A stretch of DNA of 60,736 nt, counting the filler, from Globobulimina sp. (taxonomy: Eukaryota): the NCBI GenBank assembly GCA_003354225.1. It is 10 parts of 10 records of this genome, joined end to end, with 100 filler letters (N's around TTAATTAATTAA, not from the genome) between each part and the next. Parts side by side here need not be neighbours in the genome. Positions count along the whole stretch, not along the records: positions 24,367 to 30,353 come from PIVH01000385.1; positions 30,454 to 36,439 come from PIVH01000386.1; positions 36,540 to 42,521 come from PIVH01000387.1; 7 more parts are not named here. One strand, given 5' to 3'. The translations under genes were made by a program, and so were the position numbers. Of the stretch, positions 24,367 through 36,728 are shown piece after piece (within the stretch, counting starts at the first letter, position 1; each line of letters begins with the position of its first letter). The notes beneath the pieces were generated by a model, which was not told where the DNA came from, ran no database searches, and saw nothing but the letters and a program-made list of their open reading frames with translations.

Positions 24367-25937
24367 ATCCATGCGTAGTTACTGGCGATTATTTTTTACA
24401 TTGAAATCAGGCATCAAATTGACCCCAATGTTCATAGCAATCCTTTATAAATCACTGGCTCGATCCAGAATAGAATATGGTTTAACCCATTACTTCCCAT
24501 ACGATTCCAACAAAATACTAAAAACCATCCAAAATAAGTTCCTCCGCTTAGCAATCACATGCAGATTAGACTCACAATGATGAATACCATACGCTTAACA
24601 AAACGTACCAAGCACTACAAAAGTATAAACAAACAATACAGTCACACAAATATCGTAAACAAAATAAAAAGAAAGTAAACAAATTCTCAAACCTAAACAA
24701 AAATGCATTAATAATTGCTACTAAATTCTGCCAAAACGATGATGCCATAAAAGCCCTTACACAGAATTTTGATAAAATGAATAAAAACCAAATATCTTCA
24801 TCCCCTGCATATAACTTAAAAACTCTCCCATCCAATTTTGAGGTGTTATTATCACCGCAGGAACCTACAACCCCCACGAACCCAGCAATTACCATTGCAT
24901 TCACCGATGGATCATGCGACCCAAACCCAGGAAGAGGAGGAGCTGCAATATATATACCACCCCAACCATCGCATAATACACCCTATAAAGAAGTATATTA
25001 TTTTAAAATCCCTGTCACCATAACAACAGCTGAAATAGAGGCGGTGCACATGATAATTAATTACATACTGAATATCCCCAACAATCCACAAATCCATTTC
25101 AAAATATATATTGATAACCAACCTGCCCTCCAATTTATAAATGGACAGAACTATCCAAGATACAATGAGACCAAACTATTAATTGAAAATATATTTATTA
25201 AATTGACTCAAATCTTCGATTAAAATCCCCAAATATCTATATATCATTTATAAAAATAAAATCGCATAATAATAATAAATTTAATGACGAAGTCGATCGA
25301 TTAGCTAATTTTGCAGCAAAGCATGCAAAATATGACCAGAATCTGTCCAATCAAATCTCTTATAACACCACAATTACACAAATGCATAAACAAATAACAT
25401 ACCGTTGGAGCAAAAATTAGATGAATAGAAACACAAAAAGTCACCAAGATAGCTATAAAATGTTCCAAATCAATCCCAAACTCCACAATAAACTCAATAA
25501 AATAATTAAACTATTAAATAAAGATGAAGCATATCTCGGGACATATCGAATTAAATGCTTTCTTATTCAAACATAAATTTAAAAATACGGATGGCCAACT
25601 AATGGAATCTCCCAATTGTACGAATTGCCAATTAAATAAAGAAGAAACAATCTATCACTATTTCATAAAATGTCCAGCTTACTCCCATCAACGACATCGA
25701 ATGACACAGCAATTCCATAATATTTGGGATGGCTTTAATAATGGGAATAGATTCAGCATAAACGAACTATTCTATCCATATACTATCCGCAAACCTCCAG
25801 ACATTGAGAAGGAGTTGGACTTAGTGACTCAAACAAAAATTTGGAAAAACCTCCTTCAATACGTAAAAGAGACAAAAAGATTTAACTGCCTATACCAAGT
25901 AAACCTAATGAATTTATCTCCGATCATCTCGGATTAA
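24367..25937 (+). mobile_element. Second, diverged copy of LINE family A (3' part: connector, RNase H, Zn knuckle), degenerate
   Basis: Collinear with 2000-3620 (ARSRIEYGLTHYFPYDSN, FTDGSCDPNPG, KIPVTITTAEIEA, LLQYVKETKRFN). Has deletions near 24577 and 25530 and several stops. Confidence 0.92.
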
Positions 25938-25990
25938 GGGAACTATATACACTGTATTTAGTTCCAAATATTTTTCTTTACCTTTGTTCA

Positions 25991-27038
25991 TTGGTTTCGC
26001 CCCCAAATAAAAGGGCCTGTATCCTTGCTTTGAATTTTAACCAAGATCCGAATAAGTATTGTCCCGGCAATCACAAATTAACACAATTTACCATCATCGA
26101 CCTATTAGGCGACAGCTTCCAACATTTCATTCACAAATACCGCATTGGTTTCCGCTGCGCAGTGTGCCTCCGACATATTACTTTCGTTCCAGCGTCAAAC
26201 CCCAACGGCTCTCCTCCAAACAACCCGCTCATTTTCACGTGTTTTGGATGCAAACACGATGTCTGCTTCACGTGTTTCAAGCAAAATGAATCAAATCCAA
26301 CCTATTACCCTGAGCTCCTCCCAGACCACCCTTGTAACTCACAAAATCAATCTTTATTTGATCTCAGCAGCAGCCACATTCTTACCAATGACATTTTGCG
26401 GGATTTGGACAACAAGTCCAATGCCGCTGATGTAACAGTTTTAGATTTGCGCAAATATGACGATACTCCACCGGACCCTGCGCTCATTCCTTCCATTGAT
26501 CCGTTCCAATCCTACCAAGTATCCAACAATATATCCAACAATGATTCCAACCTCTCCGCCAACACAAGCATCACTGTTAGATCTTTCTTCCAACACTATG
26601 TTCCCACCAGCTATCCCTCCTCATTTCTCTGGTCGACAGACACGATCCTCAAAATGCCTCAAAGATGTCTGCATTTCTGATATCAAGCTGTCAGACCGTA
26701 ACATCCGCTCGAAACAAACCAGGTTGCCTAAGATTACCACCCCGCGACCATCAACCACCGTTTCTCGTCCTGCAGGTCGAGCCATCCCGACACCAAAAGT
26801 CAATGCCTCCCTCAGAATTAGCCAATTATCAGCAATGAAAAAGAGAAAACGCCGTGTGTTTAGAAAACCTGCGGCCTCGCAACCAGCTGGCACCCGTATA
26901 ACAAGAAATACCTCCAAGTTATCTCAACAGTCACTGAGTCAGATCATTGAAGCCAATGAGGCGGAAAAACTTCGGATCAAACAAGCCAACAAAGCCAAGA
27001 GGAACAACAAAAAGAAGCAGCGCATCTCAAGGAAGTAA
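25991..27038 (+). CDS. ZZ/DC1-like zinc-finger protein with a basic C-terminal tail (two overlapping frames, probably one frameshifted gene; start unclear)
   Basis: CPGNHKL...Y..GFRCAVC...FTCFGCKHDVCFTC finger. The overlapping ORF 26457-27038 is K/R-rich. No upstream ATG in frame. Confidence 0.55.
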
Positions 27039-27316
27039 TTTATTACGTTGCAGGATCTCTCCCTCCTCTTTGCCATTTATTCTATGTGTTTTCTTATTAT
27101 CATCCAATCTTTGTTACATATTTACTATATTTAGCTAATCCTATCCATTTCTTCCCTTCCCAGTCATTCTCAATTTATGACTGGCTAGGTGTCGTTTTTT
27201 GGTTTTATCATTTTATTTTTGTATTATAAATATAGATTGATTGGCTATTATTTCCTATTTTATATTTTAAGTGTGTGTTTACTACGAGTTTTTCAAGTGT
27301 TTATTTAAAACAGTTG

Positions 27317-27383
27317 CTAACTTTATTTCTTTTCTGATGAAGGCCTCCTTTATGAGGTCGAAACGTCAAACATTGTAAATTAG
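27317..27383 (+). ncRNA. Minimal type I hammerhead ribozyme (Penelope-like element type)
   Basis: CTGATGA (27334-40), an extra A, stem II GGCCTC/GAGGTC with loop CTTTAT, GAAA (27360-63), palindromic ACGT stem III and a GTC cleavage triplet (cut after 27367). Stem I is TTT/AAA, extended by TTTAT/GTAAA and CTAA/TTAG. Confidence 0.8.
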
Positions 27384-27697
27384 ATAGTTCAGATCAACTC
27401 CTTCAAGCTACTATCGCACAGTCCAGAATAAAATTCTATATTTATTCATTCTTTTTTCCAATATTATTAGTGTTTCTTGCTTGTGTATTAGGTGAAATCT
27501 TTAATTGATTTCTTAGTGTTTTGAAGAAAACAAAAAAAACAATTAAATATATTCCACATAGAATCAATACTAAAAAGGAAAGGATTGGGACAAACGCATA
27601 ATAACAAAATCAAAAAAATGAGTTTTTAACACACTTAAACACAACACAATAACTGTATGAATAGATGTAAAATGATCACTTCACTAATTTAAATTAA

Positions 27698-28256
27698 TTA
27701 ATTGTTTTTAAATAGATTTTCTTGATTATAGATTGAATAATGATGCAGAAGAGAGACTGCATTTGCTTTATTTAATCGGGTTGAAATATACTGGAAGCAA
27801 TATCCTGTTGAAACAGATATTTCTTCATTGATAGAAGCCGCACGTAGTTTCGCTACGCGTTTAATAAACTTAACGGCGTCTTTATGAAAGCCCTCGTAGT
27901 CCTCAATTATAAACGGGAGATATATCAAGCCGTTTAAATCCGGATTTATATTATTTAAATTTATTAATTTTGTGATCATAAAAATTCTTCGCAGCACTCA
28001 ATTTTTCTCGGGCAGCAAGTTCGTAACGACTGTCACAAACAACTGACGTAATACCAATGTCTAAGGTCAATGAATCACCGTTCGGCCTCCAATTATTGAT
28101 ATAAATATCAGCTGGTTTCATTTGGTTGTTGTTGAACATATGTCTCAATTCAATTGAATGTTTAATGTCAGCTGCATCTAATAAGTTAGATACTGCATTT
28201 ACAATCAAATCATGTTTATATATTATGCCGCATTGATTGATGTTTAATGGACTCAT
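27698..28256 (-). mobile_element. 5'-truncated CRE-like non-LTR retrotransposon fragment (restriction-like endonuclease domain)
   Basis: G.I.KHD, KPADIYI.NW...LTLDIGITS, AA.....K..K, YLPFIIEDY.G....A..FIKRVA and FQYISTRLNKANA. One frameshift near 27965. Confidence 0.85.
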
Positions 28257-28415
28257 TGTTAAATAATGGATCGTGATCTGCAGGACATGCGTTATAGTTT
28301 GATTTTGATGTCGAATTCAGCATCTTTTGATGCAAGTTACTTGTTTGAGGTAGAAAAACGATCGAAAAACAGCTTTTAAATTAACATAAAGTTTTGTTTA
28401 ACTTATTTTTAATCA

Positions 28416-30353
28416 ATGCAACCTCGTTACGCACCGTTCAAAGCAGGTTCCTCGTCAAATGATAATGACCACACAAAGACAGATTATTGGCAATATACAG
28501 GTATATAATCAACCGCTTATAATTAATTAATAGTTGATAACATATATAAAGGTGAAAAAATTAAATTAGATAAAGCTAAAACAACAGCAACCAAATCATC
28601 AAAGTATGGCTATAATTCAGCCTTTGGATCAATATCAGTTACAAATGGCAAACATATCTGGAAGATAGAAATTGTGCGTTTGGCAAAGAAAATGTGTGTT
28701 GGCATATCATCATCGATAAAAACAATGGATATAAACTTTCATAAACAAGAAACATATCCACATTACGGATATACTTCGAAAGCAACCAAAATATCACAAA
28801 AAACACAATATGAGCACTATGGAATTAATATTGAATGTGGACAAATAATTACAATCATTTTAGATTTAAATAATGGATTTATTTCCTTTATGAATAATAA
28901 TCGTGATTTGGGCATTGCATTTAAACAAATTGATGTTGGAAAGCATATTTATTATCGCTTAGCAGTCAGTATTTTGGATAAAAATGATTGTATAAAAATT
29001 ATTGGATATGGCCAATTATTTGATGATGACGACGATGAAAAGGAACGTGAACTCAACACAGAATTCGCAGGGAATGGAAAACTAAAATCATTATTATTTG
29101 TAACAGAGAAAATCAATAAATATAAAGAATATATATTTTCATTAAAAGAGGAAATAATATCAAAATCAAATGGATTTGCAGAGCATATGAATAATTTCAA
29201 TATTTCAGTTAAACGACAAATACTTGAACAAGAAAATGCAAATCAAGCAAAAATTAATAAATTTGCAATTGAAAACGAAAAGTTATTGACTCTGAAAAAT
29301 GAATGTAATGTAAAAATTGATTGGTTGAGAAAGGAAAATGAAGAAAATATAAAACTAAGCAATTTAAATCAAGAAAAGATAGCAAAACAAAGACAAGAAA
29401 TGACAGAAAATGAACAATTATTAAATAAATATGCAAAACAATTGAATGAATATGAAAGTAAACATAGCCGATTAACTGCGAAAATGGAGTGGTTAACAAA
29501 GCAAAATGAAGTATTGATTGCAGATAAAAATGAATTAAAAATTGAATCCAATCAAAAACAACAAAAATTAAATAAGTCATTAGAAAATGAGAAAGCACTC
29601 CAAAATGAATTAGAAAAACTGAAAAAAAACAAATTTAAACAAGAGAAAAATACTAAAATTATTAAATTATTAAATAAATACAATCAAATTAACAAAGATA
29701 AGAATGAATTGAATCAAAAATTAAATGAGACAGAATATTTGCTGCAATCCGTACAAAATGAAAATGAAATACAAAGAAAAGAAAATAAGCAATTATTTGA
29801 AAACAATAATCAATTAATTAAGCACAAAAATAAAATAAACGCAAAAATCAAGGAAATTAATGACGAATTAAATGATTTAAAGAAAGAAAACATTGAATTT
29901 CAATCAATTAACAATGAATTAAATGAGAATCAGATAATTATTGCTCAGCAATTGGAAGAATATAAAATGAAATTCAATAATTTTAAACAAAAAAATATTC
30001 GAAAAAATGCGATGAATATAGAAAATTTAATAGAATATAACACAAAAATTGAATTATTAACAACTGAAAACCAAAAATTAATTCAAACACAGATTGAAAA
30101 TCACGAATTAAATCGATATGATATGAAATGTCAACAATTTGAAGACGAAATAAAGAAAATACGGAAGAAAAATAAAAAATTGATTCAAGAAAATGAAAAT
30201 CTTAAATGTAAATGCATTGAAATAGAAAAAGAAAAAAAATTATTGATGGCAGAAAATGATGAATTAATTAATAAAAAATTAATCAATAAAATCCACGAAT
30301 TGCAATGTAAAATAAATGAAAAAAATAAATTATTTGATGAAATAACAAAAGAA
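28416..30353 (+). CDS. SPRY/B30.2 domain plus long coiled-coil protein, intron 28501-28551, 3' partial
   Basis: SAFGS.....GKHIWKIEI....MCVGI...YG.....GQIITIILDL..G.ISF..N..DLGIAF.....YRLAVSI. A GTATAT...AAG 51-nt intron links ATG 28416 in frame. E/K/N/Q heptad-rich tail. Confidence 0.85.
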
Positions 30354-30453
30354 NNNNNNNNNNNNNNNNNNNNNNNNNNNNNNNNNNNNNNNNNNNNTTA
30401 ATTAATTAANNNNNNNNNNNNNNNNNNNNNNNNNNNNNNNNNNNNNNNNNNNN
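30354..30453. other. Artificial contig spacer 5
   Basis: Same linker. Confidence 0.99.
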
Positions 30454-30561
30454 AACCTACTTTCATGTCACAGAAAAAACGGGGACTCAAAATTTTTAAC
30501 TTTTTAAGTTGTGCATAGTTATACTTGCCCATCCTCCAACTTTCCAAAGCAAATTAACACA

Positions 30562-33500
30562 ATGCCATCATTTGCAGGTTTAGAAGAATGTATTCAAGCA
30601 AATATATCATCGTCAAACAATGAAATTCGTAGGAAAGCCGAGAATCATTTAATTAATTTAAAACAAAAACATCCCCAGCAATTTTTTGAAGGCGTATCTT
30701 CATTAATAATGCAATCATCTGATACCAATGTACGCTCGTTTTCGGCGGTTTTATTAAAACAAAACTTACCACTATTTGACGAAACATTTTTTAAAATGCC
30801 CTCCAATGTACAAAATAACATCAAGCAATTATTACTTTCATGCATTTCGAGCGAAAAAAACGAAAATGTCCAAGTACAAATCGCCGAAGCAATTTCCCGT
30901 TTAATCTGCCTTATTCATAGCAGCAATAAAGAATGGACCGAATTAATACCGTTTTTGTTCTCGTTGTCATCCTCAAAAGATACACATAAAAGAATATCAT
31001 TTTATATTTGTATTGAGAAATTAGCTACAAATTGTATTGATATCTTACTCCAAAATGGTGATGAATCCGTTGCAAAACTAAGAGGTATTTTAATTATCGG
31101 TTTGCAGGACAATATTGATAAGGTTCGTGAATGTGCATTGTCATCAATCGTTTTGTTATTATGTTCCTTTCCAAATGAAACAAATGAGATATTTGCAAAT
31201 ACAAATATTGTCCCATTACTATTTAAAAATATTCACATTGATATTGGTGATATTATAATCTGTAAAACGTGCGAAAATCTGCAAATTTTAGCAGAAAATC
31301 AGCCAGATTTTTTTAAGTCGTCCATGAATCCCATTATTGAATGCTTAGTAAATGTGGTAAAATGTAACCATTTACAATGGGATACACGCAAGTTAGCTTT
31401 TAATTTATTACTTACATTATTAGATTTTCATTGCGATCAAATTGCAAATATACATTTATCAAATATTGCTCAGCAAATTATCCCGCTGCTTTTTGCGTTT
31501 TTATCTGATTTTAATCCAGATTTAGATTGGGATTCTCCGCGAGATGATGTGGAACAAACCAATTATATTTTTGCTGCGCAAACCTTACCGATTGTGGTGT
31601 CCATTTTTGGCGCAAACATTTTTTTAAATACGATACAAAAACCGGTGCTTGATATCGGCTTTTCCGATAATTCCGAGTGGAAACATAAATTAATTGCACT
31701 GAAAACTCTTGAAGTCACACTTGAAATCTGTGTGAACAGTATGAGGAGAAACTGCCACAAATTGTTGTTTCAATTATTAAATCTTTAGCTGACAACAATC
31801 CACATGTAAAATATGCCGCATTATCCGTCATAAAACAATTATCCGTCGTATTTGCTGAAGATATACAGATATTTTTAATCCCATTTCATGAGCAAATAAT
31901 GTCTGCCTTTTGTACTATGTTGAGTCTAAATAACATTCCGAATGAACATCGTTGTGTTTTAATTGCAATCTGTGAAGCAATTGCACATTTTGTATACACG
32001 GATGGCGAAGAAAATGAAATCATTGCCATATATTCATCCTCCATATTAAATGCTTTATGCAATTTATTGAAAACTAATGATAATGTAATACAATCCCATG
32101 CATTGAAAGCAATCTCTGTCATAATCTACGTCATCCAGGAAGCGTTTGGTCGCGACTTTTATAATATGTTAATGAAATATTGTGTCAGCTTATTACAAGA
32201 AATATTTAGTAATAAAAAAAAAGACGAATCTGGTGCATTACGCGGTCGTTGTATGGAGTGTATAAGTAATATGTTATTAGTGGTTGATATTGAGATTTGC
32301 AGAAACGATGCACACAATATCATGAAATATATGTTACCATTTCAGAAACAAGAACAAGAAAACGCCACATCAGAATCGTATACATTTATGCTCTCTTTAT
32401 TTGCTTCGTGTGCAGAAGCACTGACGAAAGAATTTTCGCCATATTTACAACATGTTATCCCGCCCTTATTACATTCTGCTCAAAAACAAACTATTTCTCT
32501 ATGCTCAAATACAACAAATTCTGATGCTACCAAACAAGGCGATGGTAAAATGGTTGTATCAGAATTTGGTGGGATTCAATTCCAAGTCAACACCGCAGAA
32601 TTTAATGAGAAATCCATTGCAGTGGAACAGTTCCCCCGTTATGCTGTGTGTATGGAAGGTGAATTATTGGCATTTGTAAAACCAATATCGACGGTGTTAA
32701 AACCAATACTAAAGACACGTTCGTTATCACTGGAAGCGAGAAGACATGCAATTGAGACATTTGTACCGTTAGTAAACTGTCTAAAATGTGGGCTAGTTTC
32801 TAAAAACTTCTCTAGTGAACAAGTAAATAAGTGGGTGACTGGCTTTGTTGAAGAGTTATTAACTCCGTTGGTCGAAGGGATGCATATAAGTGATGAAGTG
32901 GATGAATTTGTTTTGATTTGTAAAACTATACAAGATTTATTGCAGCATATTGATAATGCAGTATTTAAAAATGCGGAGATTGTGTCGGATATTACCGAGC
33001 AAATTCAAACAGCCATTTCAGAGAGAGTTTACCGGAGGAAATTAAATGCAGAAAAGTGTGAGGATTTAATTGATGAACAAGTAGAGGAAGATGTAGAGGC
33101 AGACTTAGCGGATAGTATTGCGGATTTGGTGGCGAGTTTGGTGTCTAAATTTGGGGATAAATATATAGAAATATTTGATAAACATTGTGGGAAACAATGT
33201 GTTGAGTTATTAAGTAACGAATATGGCCACGAAGCAGATGAGATATTATCGTTAAGTTTGTTGACTGAGATTATAAGATATGGCGGGCAGATATCAAATA
33301 AATATATGAGTTATGTATTGGATAAATCCCAAGCTGTGTTGAATGGCAATGAAAGTGTGGACGCATCGGCTGCATTGCTACAATCCATTGCCTATGCGAT
33401 TGGGACTATTGCTATGAAAAAAGGATTAAATCCAAACAATTTGGCGTTGTGGTTGAACTTATTACAAAATAACATTATTAATGTGCCGAATTCGAGGGAT

Positions 33501-33893
33501 GAAGTTAATATTTCTGCGACGGAAAATGCAATTTCTGCCATAGGCAAAATATACAAAGCATATGAATATGGAAGTAATAATAATAATAAATTTATTACTG
33601 ATTGGATGCAAATGTTACCGTTGCTTAATGATAATGAAGAAAGGCAATTTTGTAATAACTATTTATTGCAAATATTAAAACAAACTTCGTTGTTGAAAGG
33701 TATTGTGGAAGCAAAGAATGCGCAAATGATTAATACGTTGATCAATGTCATTGCAGTGGGTATTGTTAATGAGGATAAATCGGAAAACGAGTTTAAAAAA
33801 CTATTTGCACATTTAACTGCGAACTGTAATTCAAGTATGATACAGCAATCGATTGCAAGTTTATCAAATGATTTACAATCTGCGTTAAAATAA
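30562..33893 (+). CDS. IPO5: Importin-beta family karyopherin (importin-5/4-like), one frameshift near 31730
   Basis: SSNNEIRRKAE, VRSFSAVLL, WTELIPFL, D.NPHVKYAAL, LRGRCMECIS, FSPYL.HVIPPLL, VNT....EK..A, ATENAISAIGKI and W...LPL..D.EE. About 1110 aa of HEAT repeats. The IPO4 versus IPO5 assignment is tentative. Confidence 0.85.
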
Positions 33894-34113
33894 TACATCT
33901 TTATGTGTCAATGACTCTTATTTATATATTTATCTATTTAAGTACGTGTTTATCTCTTTTTGTTGTTGAATAGAAATCGTCGAAAGTGAGCGTGTATGTA
34001 TCTAGAACTGCCATTTGTTTTAACTCTTAACGGTTTGGTCGACATAATAACAGTAAATTGCCTTGGAATGTTTGTTGAAAACCGCAAAAGTTCTACGTAC
34101 TTTAGTGGACATA

Positions 34114-36439
34114 ATGTCTACTTTTGTTTCAAAGCAAAATGAAAAGTCACCATACGAATCACATCCCAATGTACCATCAACCATAGCCTTGACAGACTGG
34201 AAAGTGGAAGAAGATCCAGCTGAGGAAGAAAAATATAATCATCATATGCGCGAAGAAGAGAACGTTGCTATAAGTAGAGATAACATAGAGATATCATATG
34301 CGCGAAGAAGAGATAACATGGATATGGCGCACAAATATCATACAAAAATCAGTACGTTTTATAAATATATGCATGTTTTAGCACGGTTTGATATATATAT
34401 ATTTCACTGCAGGTTTTATAAAACCTCAAGTCGATGATTACACGAATTGCGGTGGATGTTGGACAAAATGTAATGCATTTAGCCGAATTATCCATTTACT
34501 GGAATATTATAAATACCATAATAAATCTGTTAAGTTTGCATACTTTGATTTGAATACAATATATAATTATAATATGCACTCATTGTAAACAGTATCATCA
34601 AAAGGAGATTACATTGCTTTATGAATACATTGCCTCGTTGTCAGGATACACAGTATCAATATTTATGGAGGATTGGTATCACTGTAAAACCATACATTTT
34701 AAAAATAAGAATGATTTCCAATGGTTTGCCAACAATAAAAATATAAATTGCGAGAATAATAAATCAAACAATTGCATTCATCTCAGTCGTCATCACAGAC
34801 AGCGAGAACGAGGAATATATGAAATCAACACACAGATTGATCATAAAAATATTATTTTGCGAGATCAGATAGATTCTATTCATGCATTCATATTTCATTC
34901 GTCAGCACGAAGGAATAATATGTTTACGTATCAAAGTATGCCATCATTATCCATATCAGAGGAGAAATTATTTACCGATAAAGACACAAAAATCGTAGAG
35001 TTAAATGAGCAATGGGTTTGCGATAAATGTAATTTTGTAAACAGTTACGTGTTTTGAATATATTAATTTTGAGTATACACTTAAAAACGTTAACGTTTTC
35101 AGATGTTTTGGATGGGAAACTCCAATGCAGTGAATGTAATGAAATGAGACAAACTGAGGATCATTTGACAGACACTGATATTAAATCCAATATTGCGCCA
35201 AGTTTACGACCAACAAGTTTACGACCAACAGATGACTTAGTAAAATCCAACAAATTTACGACCACAACAATGGAGAATAATGATAATAAAACAGAATCGT
35301 ATTATTTTTTTGGTACACAATATAAATACAGTGCACATTTCCAAAAGATGGGGCATCCTTTGTTTATCAGTCCAAAATATCATACCATGAAAGATGAGTT
35401 ATTTGCATATTTCAAACAATTAAATGAGAGCGATGATAAAAGGATTTTATTTGACTTTCAATCTGAAAAAATAAGAGTCATATTTATATATACAGTCAAT
35501 ATTTAAGCAACAAACTGATTTGAAGCAAGATATATGGTCAAATCATCCAAAATCATTAACCGACTGCAATTTATCACAAGTTCTATGCATTTTGGATGAT
35601 GAGGCTGTATTTAATAATTTGAAATCGAATGCATTATTAGAGCGTAAAGAAGATATTATTAATTATATAAAAGCCAATAATTGGGATGGTGCTAAACTGA
35701 GTCAATTGAAACGTAAACAATTTCTGACCCAATTATCTGACCATTTCAATGATAAAAAATTAAGAGGAAGGTTTTATAACAATATTATCAATTTTGATTT
35801 GACCAAATTTACTGAAAATGATGTTTCTTTCAATAATTTATTGCTTGATATTATTGGATTTGAAGAAGACGTTGAACAAAAAGGGCGAATCAATTTGATT
35901 AAACTTGAAGGCAAATACCGCGCAAACATAGTCAAGATAATCACTAAATTATTTCAATATTTGCCAAAAGATTTCAGAATTGTTATTCCACGCAGTTTTA
36001 TTCCAAGCATTTTTAACAATTTATTGGATACCAAGTACACAAATTTTACAATTGACATAAATAGTAAAATCAGAGTGAATTTACATAATTATTTGAAGCA
36101 AATGAGTGCTGAATACACAAAAGGCATTGAAACCCAATCAATAAAACGTGTGCTTGCCTTACTTCAGGCTGCAATTTTAAACGAAAAAACGATTAATTTC
36201 ATCGATAAACACAAATTCAAGTCAATCATGGAATTATTTCATAAAGAAATATTTGTTGATGAGTTGAAAAGGTATAAGTTTGAAAAAAATTACTTAATCA
36301 AAATTGAAAACACATTCCAATTAAAAGCGGGCTTCCAATTACAGCGACGTGGGAAAGATTTAGTAAATGGATTTATAAACAATATCATCAGTCGGATAGA
36401 TACGATAGATTTCAACAATTACAATTTAGAAATAAATTA
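34114..36439 (+). CDS. Multi-exon lineage-specific protein with a RanBP2-like zinc finger, 3' partial
   Basis: Predicted in-frame introns 34352-34412, 34529-34592 and 35044-35102. C...SRI..LL, EDWYH...H, C.H..RH.R, DSIH.FI.H, FG.QY.Y and PKY.TMKDE motifs. WVCDKC..VN....QCSEC spans the third intron. The junction near 35480 is ambiguous. Confidence 0.65.
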
Positions 36440-36539
36440 NNNNNNNNNNNNNNNNNNNNNNNNNNNNNNNNNNNNNNNNNNNNTTAATTAATTAANNNNN
36501 NNNNNNNNNNNNNNNNNNNNNNNNNNNNNNNNNNNNNNN
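36440..36539. other. Artificial contig spacer 6
   Basis: Same linker. Confidence 0.99.
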
Positions 36540-36728
36540 CACTACAAAGACCCGTATTTTGCAACAAACCACATTCAGTATACAATAAAAAATCAAGATT
36601 GGCACCGTGAGTATTGGTGTATTGCTTATGGAATTTGCCATTTGTTGCGAATATAAACAGTTATCAAAACGCAAAAAAAATGCATGATTTCTATAAAATA
36701 ATTTTCACCAAAAACTTTGCAACCAACC

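Noticed and set aside
29040-30353. Apparent similarity to viral A-type inclusion, SMC or myosin proteins
   Set aside because: Generic low-complexity coiled coil; no ATPase or motor motifs.
21190-31740. Programmed ribosomal frameshifting in the ZnF-ankyrin gene (21197) and the importin (~31730)
   Set aside because: No slippery heptamer or shared signal. Each is fixed by a one-base change in a short run, as is 59788, which fits sequencing error or a recent mutation.
35198-35230. 15-bp tandem duplication CAAGTTTACGACCAA
   Set aside because: A simple in-frame slippage duplication (PSLRPTSLRPT) with no further structure.
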